Below, one piece after another: positions 24,427-36,415 of a DNA stretch of 64,000 bases. The position numbers and the translations under genes were made by a program. The notes under the pieces were generated by a model. The model searched no databases and was not told where the DNA came from. It saw only the letters and a program-made list of their open reading frames with translations. Position 1 is the first letter of the stretch. Each line of letters starts with the position of its first letter. This DNA is from Sphagnum compactum (taxonomy: Eukaryota), in contig OZ234493.1 in assembly GCA_965153455.1 (NCBI GenBank), forward strand, positions 19,396,213 through 19,460,212, given 5' to 3'.

Positions 24427-26121
24427 ATGACTAGTCCACAGGGCATGGACGAATTGTTCTGGGGACGAGAACACGAAGACGTCAGTGATTGGGTTGAAAG
24501 GCTCACCATGGCCGCTGAGGTGCGAGACCTCAATGCGGACAAGCTTTTTAAAATTGCAAAGCTCAACTTGAGAGGACGGGCCCGTGAATGGCTCAGGAGG
24601 CTCCAACCAGCTCCGGCTGATTGGACTGAGTTGCGGACCTTGATTTTGCAAAAGTATGGCAATGTTGACGATGATGACATCCGGGCAAAGCTTGATGCCA
24701 TCAAGCAGGAACCCAGAGAACGGGTTCAGAGGTATTTCGAACGGTTGGACAGATTTTTCCGGAAAGGCAGAATATCAGATGCCGAGCAAAGAAGGAGGTT
24801 TCTGGCCAAGTTGAGGCCTGAGATTCGAAAATTGTGCGTTGTAAGAATTTTTGCTGATATAAAGGAATTGTTGGGTGCAGCCAATGAAGTGGAGCGAGTG
24901 CTAGGTGAGCTTGGAGAGACTCCATTCGAGCCTCTCAAAGAGGAACAGGAAGAAAGAGTAGCTGAAACGTCTATGGAACATCAGGTTGCCACTTTGAATG
25001 ATACACTGATCAACTTTTTCAAGGGAGGTGTGCCGAACTCTACACCATCTTCTTCTTCTGCCCAGTTTAGAGAATGTCAAGTCTGCAAGGGGAAGGACCA
25101 TATAGCCACGTCGTGTCCAAGGCTGAATGAGCCACGGCCAAAATGTGCCAAATGTGGTATGCTGCATAGGACCGAAAATTGTGGTATAAAATGTTCTTTA
25201 TGTTCAGGTCTTGGGCACTCTGAGGACAGGTGCTGGAAGAAATCTAAAGACGGAAAATCACATTCTGGAGCGGCCAATTTCCTTGAGGTATTATTGAATG
25301 ATGAGGCAGCAACGTTGCAGCAGCTCAATGAATTGTGTGGAAATGAGAATGTATTCTCACACACTCGCATACCCAGGCGAAGACATCCGGTTGAACTGCC
25401 AACAACTGGTGTTGCACCACAGAATGAGGTGGCAGAAGACAACAGTGGGGTGAATCGGGAGAATGCCGTCAGATCAAAGATTCTTTCCCATTTCATAAAG
25501 GGGAAGGTCTCCCTGACACCAATGGAGTCGGTGATGATGATACCAGGCGAATTGGAGCAACTGGAGAATTTAGTGAAAGTTGCTAGAAGGAGGAAGGATT
25601 TGGAAGTTGAGAGTACTCAGGTGTCAATGGTGTCTGCTGCTCCGACCCTGAGGAGGATTTGTGTCAATAAGACTCACAGGAGCAAAACATTACATTTATC
25701 TGTTGAGATAAATGGCTACCTGATCGAGGGACTCGTGGACACTCGTGCGTCCATGTCTGTCATGGCCGCTGCAGTGGTCAGAGAAATGGGTATGATGCAT
25801 CTGGTCTCTGGATCAGAAACCTACAAGACTGCATCTGGCATTGTTACACAAGCTATGGGAAGGATCGATGAAGTATCGATCAAGACTGGAGGGGTACAAT
25901 GTCTTATGACGTTTATGGTGGTGGATACTGATAGCTACGATGTGCTGCTAGGACTTGATTTTCTAATCAAGATAGGAGCAATCGTTGATGTAGAACGTGG
26001 ATTGATTCAGGTGAGGCATGGTCCGGGGGCGGATGTTGAGGTACTACCTCTGACCATGGTGAACATGTTGCAGGCAGTGAGTCCAGAAGGCTTGAAGCCA
26101 ATGGATCTACAAGCTACCTAG
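24427..26121 (+). CDS. gag: Gag (three Cys/His zinc knuckles) plus aspartic protease
   Basis: ATG at 24427. Knuckles CQVCKGKDHIATSC, CAKCGMLHRTENC and CSLCSGLGHSEDRC. Protease LVDTRAS (DTG>DTR) and VLLGLDFL. In-frame TAG at 26119. Confidence 0.9.
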   Translation: MTSPQGMDELFWGREHEDVSDWVERLTMAAEVRDLNADKLFKIAKLNLRGRAREWLRRLQPAPADWTELRTLILQKYGNVDDDDIRAKLDAIKQEPRERVQRYFERLDRFFRKGRISDAEQRRRFLAKLRPEIRKLCVVRIFADIKELLGAANEVERVLGELGETPFEPLKEEQEERVAETSMEHQVATLNDTLINFFKGGVPNSTPSSSSAQFRECQVCKGKDHIATSCPRLNEPRPKCAKCGMLHRTENCGIKCSLCSGLGHSEDRCWKKSKDGKSHSGAANFLEVLLNDEAATLQQLNELCGNENVFSHTRIPRRRHPVELPTTGVAPQNEVAEDNSGVNRENAVRSKILSHFIKGKVSLTPMESVMMIPGELEQLENLVKVARRRKDLEVESTQVSMVSAAPTLRRICVNKTHRSKTLHLSVEINGYLIEGLVDTRASMSVMAAAVVREMGMMHLVSGSETYKTASGIVTQAMGRIDEVSIKTGGVQCLMTFMVVDTDSYDVLLGLDFLIKIGAIVDVERGLIQVRHGPGADVEVLPLTMVNMLQAVSPEGLKPMDLQAT

Positions 26122-28560
26122 AGATCTGACCTGGTCGTGGAGCGCCCGCGTATCAATACCGAAGTAAGGGACCAACGGCCAGCGATACGAATGTCAGAAT
26201 CGGACTCTGATACGTCTGAGAACTCTGAAGAGGAGCATCAACTGCAGGAACCGATCTGTGATGAGTCAGAATTCGAGGACACGAAACTTGAACAGCTGGT
26301 CATGAGGGAGGGACCTCAGCAGATACTACAGCTGACTTTGCAGGAACAAACAGACCGCCTCATGAAGGAGGAAGCGGGAGATTCGGATGATTATGCCGAC
26401 TGGATCAAATGGGTAGCTGATGTAGAACGAAAGATGCAAGCACCCTCTGGTTCGGCCGATGTGGAGGCTCCTGCATTATTGCAAGTTCGCCGATTGAATG
26501 ATACTGCTTCTTGCAGGAAGCTAGAAGACCAAATCACTACCACAGACGAGTCTGGTGTGAATTCCAGGTGGAATGACATATGTCAGAAGATCAGGATAGA
26601 TCCAGGCCTGGACGAACTAAAGAGGCCATTGCTGTGGAAGGTGTTAGAGGGATATCAGGATGTGTTTGTTTGGAACAAGGGTGAGCTCGGGTGCTGTACG
26701 GTCGGGGAACACTCCATCGACACGCAGGGATTTGTGCCATGTAGAGCGACCCCCGAACGACTGTCTTATTGGGAAGAAGCCGAAGTGAAGCGCCAGATTG
26801 ACGTATTGGTGGATCTGGGCAAAATGAGGCCCAGCAACTCAGAATACGCATGTCGAGTGACCCTGCCTGTGAAGAAGGACGGAAGCATGAGATTTTGTGG
26901 GGACTACAGACCACTCAATCTACAGACCCGGAGAGATTCATTCCCGATGCCTTTAGTTGAGGATGTGATATCCCAATTAGGAAGGTCGAATTGGTTCAGT
27001 GCGTTAGACTTGCAATTGGGATTTTGGCAAATTCGCATGGCCCCAGACGACGTGAAGAAGACAGCGCTGATCACCAAAACCGGTCTATATGACTGGACTA
27101 TTATGCCTTTTGGTCTTAAGAATGCAACAAGCACATTCACCAGGACGATGTCACTGGTTTTCAAAGATCTGGGGGATAAGTTTCTGAAGGTGTTTGTGGA
27201 CGACCTTAATGTCCACAGCGAATGTTGGGAGGACCATCTCCGACACCTAGATGCTGTGCTTTCCAAACTAAGGGAAGTAAACCTGAAACTCAATCCAGGC
27301 AAATGCTGTTTTGCTGCCAGGAGCATTACTTTTCTAGGACATGTGGTCAGCTGTGAAGGGACTAGACCAGACCCAAGTAAAATTACTGCTGTGATCCATT
27401 TTCCAGTACCAAAGACGGTCACGAACGTGAGGTCTTTCCTGGGATTGACTGGATACTACAGAAATTATATCCGTGGATACTCTCGGATGGCTGTTCCCTT
27501 GTTTGAATTGACAAGGAAAGAGGCTGATTTTGTGTGGGATCTGGGTTGTCAGAATGCCTTTGAAGCCCTGAAGGGAGCGCTTGTGGCTGCTCCTGTGCTC
27601 ACTCGACCAGACTTCAAGAGGCCATTTTGCCTCGATGTAGATTGGTCACCGAAGGGTGTCGGTGCCATTCTATCCCAAAGAGAAGGCAGGATGGAGAGAG
27701 TTATCGCATACGCCAGCAAAGGTCTGACGATTGTGCAAAAGAAATTCCATCCCATGGAAGGGGAGTGTTATGCACTAATTTGGGGCATCATGCATTTCAG
27801 GCAGTACCTCCACCGGACACACTTCACTCTGAGGACCGATCACAAGCCACTTGAATGGCTTGCAACGGTCTCTGATGCGAATGGAAGGAGGGGACGCTGG
27901 ATTGACCTGCTGCAGGATTTCAGCTTCAAAATTCTGCATCGACCAGGGATGAAACACACTAATGTGGATGCGCTGAGCCGGAACCCAGTCGGGGAGGCCA
28001 AGGATGATGACGATTTTTGTGAAGAGATCCGAGATATTAATAGTGGGCAAGGCAACTCTGTTGCCATGACTGAAATTGTGTTCTCTACCCAGATTGGCAG
28101 GCAGTCGGAATGGCTTGGTCTGCGGAGACAATCAGGAGGGACGAAGCAGCACGACAGATGCTGTTTTGGCATCAACCACTGGAGATGGTCAGAGCCACAT
28201 CACTTGTGCATGCTGGAAGTGCAGACGGATGAGGAAGCTGATTCACCTGAGGAGGGATCCGAAGCTGCTAGAAATGAAATCCGAGACTCGGAATTCTCCA
28301 GAGACAAGCAGACCATGTGGAAAGGTGGAACCAGGTACTATGACAGGAAGCAGCAGCTTGAGCTAGTGCTAGCTGCCCAAGGGTTGTGGAATGATAATGC
28401 ACCCAAGGCCAGTAATGCGAGGTCAGAGGATGAAGGAGCATGTGTCGATAATTCAAGTCAAACTGACATCTGGGAAGATGCGGTCTGTATGGAATGGCTG
28501 AAGAACGGGTTTATCTCTGAAGAAGTTAATCTTCAGGAAAGTAAGAGAGTAAAAAAAAAG
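26122..28560 (+). CDS. pol: Reverse transcriptase plus RNase H (same frame as gag-PR after the TAG)
   Basis: RFCGDYRPLN, LDLQLGFWQI, MPFGLKNA, FVDD, FLGH, FLGLTGYYR. RNase H motifs LDVDWS, EGECYAL, TDH, NVDALSR. Confidence 0.93.
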
Positions 28561-28570
28561 GGCAAAGTAA

Positions 28571-29740
28571 TACTGCTGGAAGAATGGGAAACTCTACTTC
28601 AAAGAATTGTATGTACCCAAACCTGAAGATAGGCTGAGGCTGGTGACACAGATGCATGAGGACTTGGGACACTTTGGGGAGCAGAGGACCTTGGCAGAAA
28701 TCTGCCATAGGTACTTCTGGAACAATAGAACGGAATGTGTGAAGACGATGGTCAGAACGTGCCAGCAATGCCAACTGGTAAGAAGTGAGGGAAGCATACG
28801 CTCTGGGGATGAGCGTCTGAAGAGTATCCCGGTTTGTGACTTGTTCCATCGAATTGCTCTGGACACAGCTGGTCCACTGCCTGGGACAAGGGCAGGCAAT
28901 AAGTATATCCTGGTGGCCATCGACCACTACTCGAAGTGGTGCGAGGCCAAAGCTGTTGCTGATCACGGGGCCCAGACTGCTGCTAGATTTCTGGAGGACG
29001 ATCTGATCTGCAGGTACGGGGTTCCCAGGTTTGTGCTGACTGATAATGGGGGGGAATGGGGTGTAGAATTCGAAACCATGTGCAGAGATTATGCCATACA
29101 CCACCAGCGCACTGCACCACAGTGGCCGCAGTGCAACGGAATGGTTGAACGGATGATCAAAACACTCAAGCACGGCATCACTGTACTGGCTGTGAACCCT
29201 GCCAACACGAATTGCTGGGATGAGCACTTGGCGAAGGTATTGTTTGGGTATCGGTGTGGAGTGCAGGCGAGCACGAAGTTTTCGCCGTACATGATCCTGA
29301 CGGGTGGGTCGCCGCGACTTAGGGCAGACAACTACCTGAACAATCTGACCGAAGTAATTGATGACTCTTCCAGTATGGAAGACACATCGGTGCAGTTCCT
29401 GGAGAAGGTGAAACTTATTGCGAGCATACATGAGGATGTATTGCTCAACGTTGAGCAGGCACAGAAAAGACAGAAGAGTACGTATGCACATAAAGCAGGT
29501 AAACACTTGTTTGAGGGACTGGTGGCTGGGGTCTCGATGGTCAAGATGAAGAAACCAGGCAAGAGGAGAGCACTCAGTGCCAGCTGGGAAGGTCCTTATC
29601 ACTTTGTTGGGCATGTTGATGGCAAGGGCGATTTCGACTTCGAAGAAGGCAGTCGAATCTGCATCGTCCGGGACGCTGATGGGCGGCAATGGGAAAGGTC
29701 CCGACGCGATCTGCAAGTTTACTATGTTCAACCGGACTGA
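28571..29740 (+). CDS. pol: Integrase (HHCC, DDE, GPY), separated from RT-RH by a frameshift in the A9 run at 28551-28559 and TAA at 28568
   Basis: HEDLGH..CQQC, IALD, VLTDNG, NGMVER, WEGPYHF. Confidence 0.93.
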   Translation, partial: YCWKNGKLYFKELYVPKPEDRLRLVTQMHEDLGHFGEQRTLAEICHRYFWNNRTECVKTMVRTCQQCQLVRSEGSIRSGDERLKSIPVCDLFHRIALDTAGPLPGTRAGNKYILVAIDHYSKWCEAKAVADHGAQTAARFLEDDLICRYGVPRFVLTDNGGEWGVEFETMCRDYAIHHQRTAPQWPQCNGMVERMIKTLKHGITVLAVNPANTNCWDEHLAKVLFGYRCGVQASTKFSPYMILTGGSPRLRADNYLNNLTEVIDDSSSMEDTSVQFLEKVKLIASIHEDVLLNVEQAQKRQKSTYAHKAGKHLFEGLVAGVSMVKMKKPGKRRALSASWEGPYHFVGHVDGKGDFDFEEGSRICIVRDADGRQWERSRRDLQVYYVQPD

Positions 29741-29761
29741 GCTGAGGGACTCAGCTTTTTC

Positions 29762-29774
29762 AAAAAGGGAGGGG
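29762..29774 (+). promoter_or_regulatory. Polypurine tract
   Basis: AAAAAGGGAGGGG, ending 7 nt before the 3' LTR. Confidence 0.85.
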
Positions 29775-29781
29775 TTACATA

Positions 29782-30525
29782 TGTGACCGAACAACGGGTC
29801 ATTGGTTTTCTTTTTGCTTCTTGCCGGTGAGAGGATGCGAACTGAGACGAGGATCAGACTCGCCGCCTCATTCATGAGTGGCGGCGGATCATGATCGATT
29901 TCAGAATTCGGATGGCTAGGGTATGCATGGGCTGCATGGCAAGAGCTGTCTAGAGGACGGCGCTTCATGAATTCCAGTGCGACGCTGCATTCATGAGGGA
30001 GGATGGGCGCGAATAAGATAGCTTGGGGATGAAGCCAAGCGAGGCAGCTAAGTAGAGAGGATAGTGAGTGTTGGGAAGACAGTTAGGTGATGGGACAGAA
30101 GTTCTGTGAGGAGGTTAGGCTGATTGTTGTTTTTCTCTTCCGCTGCGATTTGCAATCGGCCAGACCCTGGCTTCTGTCATGGTGATGCTTGGCTAGCACC
30201 ACAGAGCTGGTAGATTTTGGTAGTAAGAGGGATGTGGGCGCTTGCGCTGTCGAGGAAGCTGTAAATATCAAAGTGTGAATGAGGAATTGCGTTGTTTCTT
30301 TCATGCCTCTGTTGCTTTGTGTGAGTGGACAGTTCAGTCGAATGAGTCCTGCATTCATGTTGTGGTGCGATTCGATCAGAAGTTGAGCAGGCAGAGACTC
30401 AATGTCTGGAGTCTGTGTTGTGTTTGTGTGCATCTCAGTCGATCTGTGGTTTCGATCGGATGTGCTCCTGCTAGGGCAGAGAGAGGGATCCGATTGTCTT
30501 CTGGGTCTCCTCCTTTTTGGTTACA
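29782..30525 (+). repeat. 3' LTR
   Basis: TGTGACCG...TGGTTACA; same length as the 5' LTR. Confidence 0.93.
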
Positions 30526-30799
30526 GTTTCATTCACAAGTGCACAAACACCTTAATTTTATTAATTGAAAGATACACGATAAAAAAGCCAAAGAGGGGGG
30601 CAAGGTGACCCATTGTTAGGTTGGAGTTGGTAACTAATATTGCTTACCAAATGAAAGTCTAAACAGGCTATGCAAGAGATCACAAATATAAAAAGACACA
30701 GAGAAACAAAATAGACACATAGGGAGAGAAAGACCTTGCACCCTATAGAAAGGAAGTACATAACTAGGGGCAGCCCATCACCATGGATTAGAATTGGGG

Positions 30800-32100
30800 G
30801 AAGACTACAAAATAGAGTATTAAGTCAAACTCAAATGATACGAAGTTGCTAAATTTGGGAAGCAGTTTCTAGACGACTAGTAGGTCATTGAAGCCCCTTG
30901 AGTTAGGTGGAGACATTGGACAACCCTGTTTAACCAATTGTTTATGTTTTTCCTTTTGTTTCATTCTAAGCTCCTGTTCACACTCCTCTTTCCACAACCT
31001 TTGATGCTAGTTAGAATTTAGACTAGGGCTTGGTAGTGGTTGTTGTGTATCATTAATAAGACTTTTCGATTCATTCAACCTTGCTAACGAAATTTCCAAA
31101 AGAGGGGAACAATTGACACTGGGAGAAGGTGTTCCAATTCCATTGGGGCTCCCAGAACTCACGCTCATCTCACTCTTTTGGTTGCTAATTCCAATTAACC
31201 TTCCATTGAGATTGTCGGATGATTTGCTGGGGTTGTGCGTTTGTTGTTTCGCAATAATAGGGTTCAAAGGTCCAATAAAACTCTCTACAGGCCTAGTTGA
31301 TGCAGGAATTTTTGAACTCTTCATTGAAGTTTCATAAAGTTCCTCATGGAGTGGTGTCTGGAGCCTTTTGAACTCCAAAGCCTTTTCATACAAGAAGGCA
31401 TGAAACTTGGATTTTGGCAATTCATCTTCCTCCTACTGTTGTAGAGACCATCCCCTTTCCCCAAGACTATGTTGACATTATGGGGTCCCCATGTTTGCAC
31501 AATCTCCATTAGCAACAAGTCTTCCTATAGAAATCCCTCCATTCGCCATCAGATTAAGCCTCTAGTTGTTGCCATCCACAAATGATGGCTCTAACATCGG
31601 GTTATAGCTTTCATTCCAAGTATCGTGTTGGATAAAACCAAACCTTATAAAGTCCATTTTTTTGAAGGAAATAATTCAACCTTTCATAGTATGTTGAAAG
31701 TTACATAAGCAAAAAATTGGGCATTAAGATTAGTTTGGACACTTGCTTTCACTAGTATTTGTACTAGGTTGTCCTTGACAACTTGAATTACTTCACATTG
31801 GTACCGAATGTTGCAAATTATCAAAGATTCCATTTTGCCCCAAACCATTACCTGTAACCTCCATCACAAGCAAGTGCAAGGTCCCATACTAGTCCATTTA
31901 ATGGGCATAAGCTTCCAGCTACCATGGCATCAATTGTCTTGGAAGGTCTACCATGTATACGATTTGAATATCCCCCCTCTACCTCATAGGTCTCCAAATG
32001 ACCTAGATCGAGCCAAGTGAATTGGCTTGACGAAATCAACCATCCCTTGTTCATGAGTATGTAACTTCAACTACTAGATCACTTTGTGCATACCATGACG
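30800..32100 (-). mobile_element. Possible decayed LINE ORF1-like remnant
   Basis: Minus-strand fragments TWNESYNP and EDLLLMEIVQTWG, followed by a Ser/Pro-rich ORF (31007-31420), loosely resemble L1 ORF1. Many stops. Confidence 0.25.
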
Positions 32101-35100
32101 AGGTAATAATGACAAGTTTGGATATTCCTAAGTTGTTAGATAAGAGCATTATCTAACCAATTTGATGCTCATATGTAATGGCTTCTCTAACATTTTACTA
32201 ACACAATCACATTTGGTATGTCCAAGTCCAAAGCTTTTTAACATCAACATATACCATAATGGGACCTAAGCACACTACACATGTTTCAACATTTAATCAA
32301 TGCCTAGAACCAAAGGGTCTTTCATTTTATAAACAACTTTAGACCTAATAGACATGTATGCTCTTCTAAAAACTAAGGACCATCCAACACCAATTAAGAA
32401 GTAAAGATCATTGTCCAACTTAGTAGTTACCTTGTATGTAAGGAGTTAAACATATGTAATGCAAGCAACTTTGGAAGATGGACAAAAAATTCTACATATT
32501 ATTAATTTTGTCCAAAATGTTTTGAATGCACATATTGCCATTTTTTGTTTATACGGTAAAAAATTCACCAAATTGTGGCAAGCTCTGGTCTTCTATAGGC
32601 TTTTACAACCTTCTAAGTAATGGCTCTCTAGGCAGATCCAATTGGAAATTGCATGCAATCTATCTTTATAGGCTAAGGAATTTTAGGAGATAGGTTCACT
32701 TCCAAAGTTTGAGCCTCCAGAGATCAAACCACAATTTTCTCCTTCCCATCAACCATACTAAATCAAGTGTTTGGGGTAAACCAAACCATTTCAAATTATG
32801 AGCCTCTAAAAGTTTCACTACATTTGCCCAAGGTCACTTCCAAGCCATTGGTGCTAAAAATGTTGCTTGCTGTCCTCGAAATGCACTACTATTTATCAAT
32901 GTTAAACAATCCATTTGTGGGAGAGAGTATGATGATTGATTGACCCTCCTCCTTAATTGTGGTGTCACTGGGCTATTCAACTAGTGTTCAGAAGCATGGT
33001 GTGAGGTCTAAAGGAAACATTAACTAGTGGATCATTAACAACTATATGTTCACTCTAAAATCCTTCGCCACACCTACTCTTAGGAAGGTTGTTGTGAGGC
33101 TTCCTATTCGCCATCTTGCACAACCATACACAACAACACCGAGACCACTAACCATCCCTCATCATCATTTTTTGCAATGATAATTCAAAAAGAAAAGGGA
33201 CTGACTTTGATCAACTAATAGAAGCTTGTAATTTAATTTGTTACGCAAAAAAACTTTGCAATACCTATTACAAACCTTGAAATGCCAAATGCTTTTAGTA
33301 GGTGGATTATGCAATACCTGAAAATGGGTCATTAAACCAAGCATTGGTTTGTTATAAATCTTCCTATGGCCAATTACGATTTCAACTGCAACAAAAAAAC
33401 CCTAAAAAACCTTTGTCCCTAGTCCCCCACCATCAAGCTACCCATTCTTAAAGGTTATATTTAGTAATTACCATTGTGATTTGGCAAACTTACTTTGGGA
33501 TTGTAATTTTGGGCTATGTATTTAAAAGCCCCCAACCCATATCTGCCAACCTACTCTTTTTGAAATCACACCTTCATATAGGGTTTTTTTCGTAATGGAA
33601 TTTGTGATGTAACTAAAGTGGTGACAATTTTAAAAATAATTTAGCCAAATTTGGCTACCTATTAGATTTGAAAGTTAAAGAAAACTTGAATCCTTCCTTA
33701 TCTTTGGCTACCTACTAGAACTTATGATAAATATTTTGCAATTTTGAAAAAACAAATCCTCAAAATTTGGTTAATTAGGGCCATTTTTTTCATCAAAAAA
33801 TGTTTTGTATAGGTCGAAATCATATTTTTCAGTTCAAAATTGGTGAAAATTCGCCATTAAATAAAGCACAATTTCATTTCAATGTTTTCCTAAAAACAAA
33901 TTTTCATGGTGCCCCCAAAGTCAAAATAATCCACTAGAGGATTTAGCTAAATGTGGTTAAAATAATACTCCATATTCAATGATTTTTGGACCTTTGCTCC
34001 AACATTCTAAAACCAACAAGTTGCACCCAACATTTTTTTTGGTGCAAAATTTCGCACTAGTGCAAAATCTGAAAATGATTTGCGAGGTGTTCAATGATTT
34101 TTTTTTTTTTGTTTTCAAAACATTCACCAAAAAATAGGGGATAAGGTGTTGTTCACCACATTTAGATTGTGTGTCCCTAGAGGTAGCTAAAAAGCATCAA
34201 AATTCTAAAAAAAACTTAGCCGAATGTGGCTAAATCCTTTTATTGATGGTTGCCAATGTGGTTACATTACAAAATTGAAAAAATAAATGATTGGTTGCAC
34301 CCTACACATCGAGAGCTTTCCAATGGTTTTGTAGTGGCAATACAAATATAAAACATTATTTAATAATAGGATAGCATAGGGTAAGCCTATGTTATTCACC
34401 CTCCCACGTAAACAAATTCAATTGATTTTTCCTTCCTAACCCAATCTTTATGATTTTTTTGTTTTACCTTTTATTGAGAAAATAAGGATTTGTAGGAAAC
34501 CATTCATCACTATTCCATTTGGTAGTTTTTAAAAAATAAAAAATCATAATACACAAATGGAATTTTGTGTGTATAGTTACAAAATTACATTGGGATTGGT
34601 TTCAATGGTAAGATTGGTGGCCTCTAATCATTGTTAGCATCACCACAACATGAAACTACCCTAGGTGGTGTAATTGGGTGTTAATTCACCCTAGTAAACA
34701 AATATGTATTTACTTTGTATTATGACACCCTAAACATACATAAGCATTATTTTCTTATTGACACTCGGAGGACATTTGAGAATATATCTTTCAAAAAAAT
34801 AAAGTTTAAAGTATTTGAACTTTGAACCAGAGTTGGTCGGTTTTAGTTTTTGGGTGAATTTTGATTATGGGTCCTAGTTTGGTTACCAGTTATCCAAACT
34901 ATCAATCACAAATTGTGCATTTGTTTATTCAAAACTAGAATCGGGAATGGCCTCTAGCTATAATTGGACCTAAGTCGGAACCACCCCAAAATCAAAATTT
35001 TCTAGGTTCCAATTCCAACTAGTTAATAAAGTTTTTAAATTTGTATTTGTATTTTTTCGCTTGATTAACCCTATTGTTATAAATGTTTGTTTTAGAATCA

Positions 35101-35312
35101 ATAAGATTTTTGAATAATAATAATAATTTCATAAACAATAATTTTGGGGCGAGGTGGGGTTGAATTAGGAAGATAATTGTTACTTTCGGAACATGTCTCA
35201 ATCAAGGATACAAGTTTTTAGATTTGTTTTTATAAAACTTGGATAAATAACCATGTATAATCATAATAGGTCATCACATTTGGTTGGCAGTATAGTGGTA
35301 ATAACTATAAAA

Positions 35313-35466
35313 CATTACTACAAAATGTGAATGCAATTCATTAGTCCTCATTCATTAGACCAATGAATTCACTACTTCCCCACTAGGTCTCATTCACTAT
35401 AACCAATGAATTCACTCATAATCCAATGAAATCACTTGGTGTACAAGGACACTTTTTGTTGTAATG
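35313..35466. mobile_element. CACTA-type MITE (degenerate CATTA ends)
   Basis: CATTACTACAAAA...TTTTGTTGTAATG with AAA TSD. Paralog at 41551-41704. Confidence 0.7.
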
Positions 35467-35749
35467 AAAATGAGGTAAAAAAACCATGACAATGGGGAAG
35501 AAAACATGAAGGTTTTGACTAATGGAGTTATCCTCACCAAGCCCACTAGAAGAAAACAAACACCACGTCTTTAATCAATGCATTGAAGGACGTCACAACA
35601 ATGAAATGACCATGTTTATTTCACAATTTTGTGCATTATGTGTGTATATACAAGCAAGAAATTACATAACAAATATAGAGGTAGGTAGATAGATAAGTGA
35701 TTAATATTTTCATACATGCCAACCTATACCTATTTAAATCTATGCCCTA

Positions 35750-35985
35750 TCCACAACCGATCAACCTACCTACCCAGTGATCCACAACCAATCAACCTAC
35801 CTACCTTCTAATTACCTAGCTAACTAGTTGCTACCTATCCACAACCTATGTATTTACTTACCTACCTATCAACAACCTACCTACCTAGATTATGCTTACC
35901 CAAAACCAACCTACTAGCTACCTATCTACCTACAATAAACTTACCCACAACCAACCAACAAACCTACCTCCCTACCTACATAACC
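35750..35985. repeat. (ACCT)n-rich low-complexity tract
   Basis: Degenerate ctac/acct repeats. Paralog at about 41985-42255. Confidence 0.8.
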
Positions 35986-36360
35986 TATGTGTTTACTTGT
36001 GTTTGGGGTGTAGGATTCAATTCAGTCTCACTAATCTTTATGATTAGAACAAGTTCATAATTAACCAAGAGCTTAGAACATAACTAAATATTTTCCAATG
36101 ACTAACAATTTTAGAAATATGATTAAAATTTTCATCATTATTTTAAAGTAGCACTTTTATTTCATTGAATAATTATCTAAGTTCCAAAGATGGGGGGTTT
36201 ATTCCCACATATATATTTACATTCCATTATGATATTTGAAATGTTTAAAATCATCACATGCATAAAGCACCAAACATGTTTTCCCTTTGAAATATTTGCC
36301 CATTATAAACCAAATTAACCCCCCCTCCTCCACCCCCCCTCGCCCCCCCTTGTTAGTGCT

Positions 36361-36415
36361 AATGCATTATACAAGATTGTAATGCATAGTGCATTACAAT
36401 CTTGTGTAATGCATT
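36361..36415. other. 26-bp stem, 3-nt loop hairpin
   Basis: aatgcattatacaagattgtaatgca-tag-tgcattacaatcttgtgtaatgcatt, with one T:G pair. Identical copy at 42771-42825. Confidence 0.9.

Larger units (their letters stand above)
22693..30525 (+). mobile_element. Full-length Ty3/Gypsy LTR retrotransposon, non-chromovirus type (possibly Phygy-like), defective
   Basis: Two 744-bp LTRs, tRNA-iMet PBS, PPT, and gag-PR-RT-RH-INT order. GPY motif present and no chromodomain. Several disabling mutations. Confidence 0.97.

Noticed and set aside
28551-28570. Programmed ribosomal frameshift at the A9 run before integrase
   Set aside because: A TAA follows immediately in the integrase frame, and an RH-INT frameshift is not a normal strategy. 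Mutation or homopolymer error is simpler.
28526-29968. 480-aa antisense ORF over integrase and the 3' LTR
   Set aside because: It is the reverse-frame shadow of integrase with no recognisable motifs. It would deserve attention only if conserved across family copies.
33595-34290. Dispersed-repeat fragments (ttagccaaatttggctac-type, also near 6310, 44350 and 57050)
   Set aside because: Recurrent but too degenerate to define ends or class from this window.
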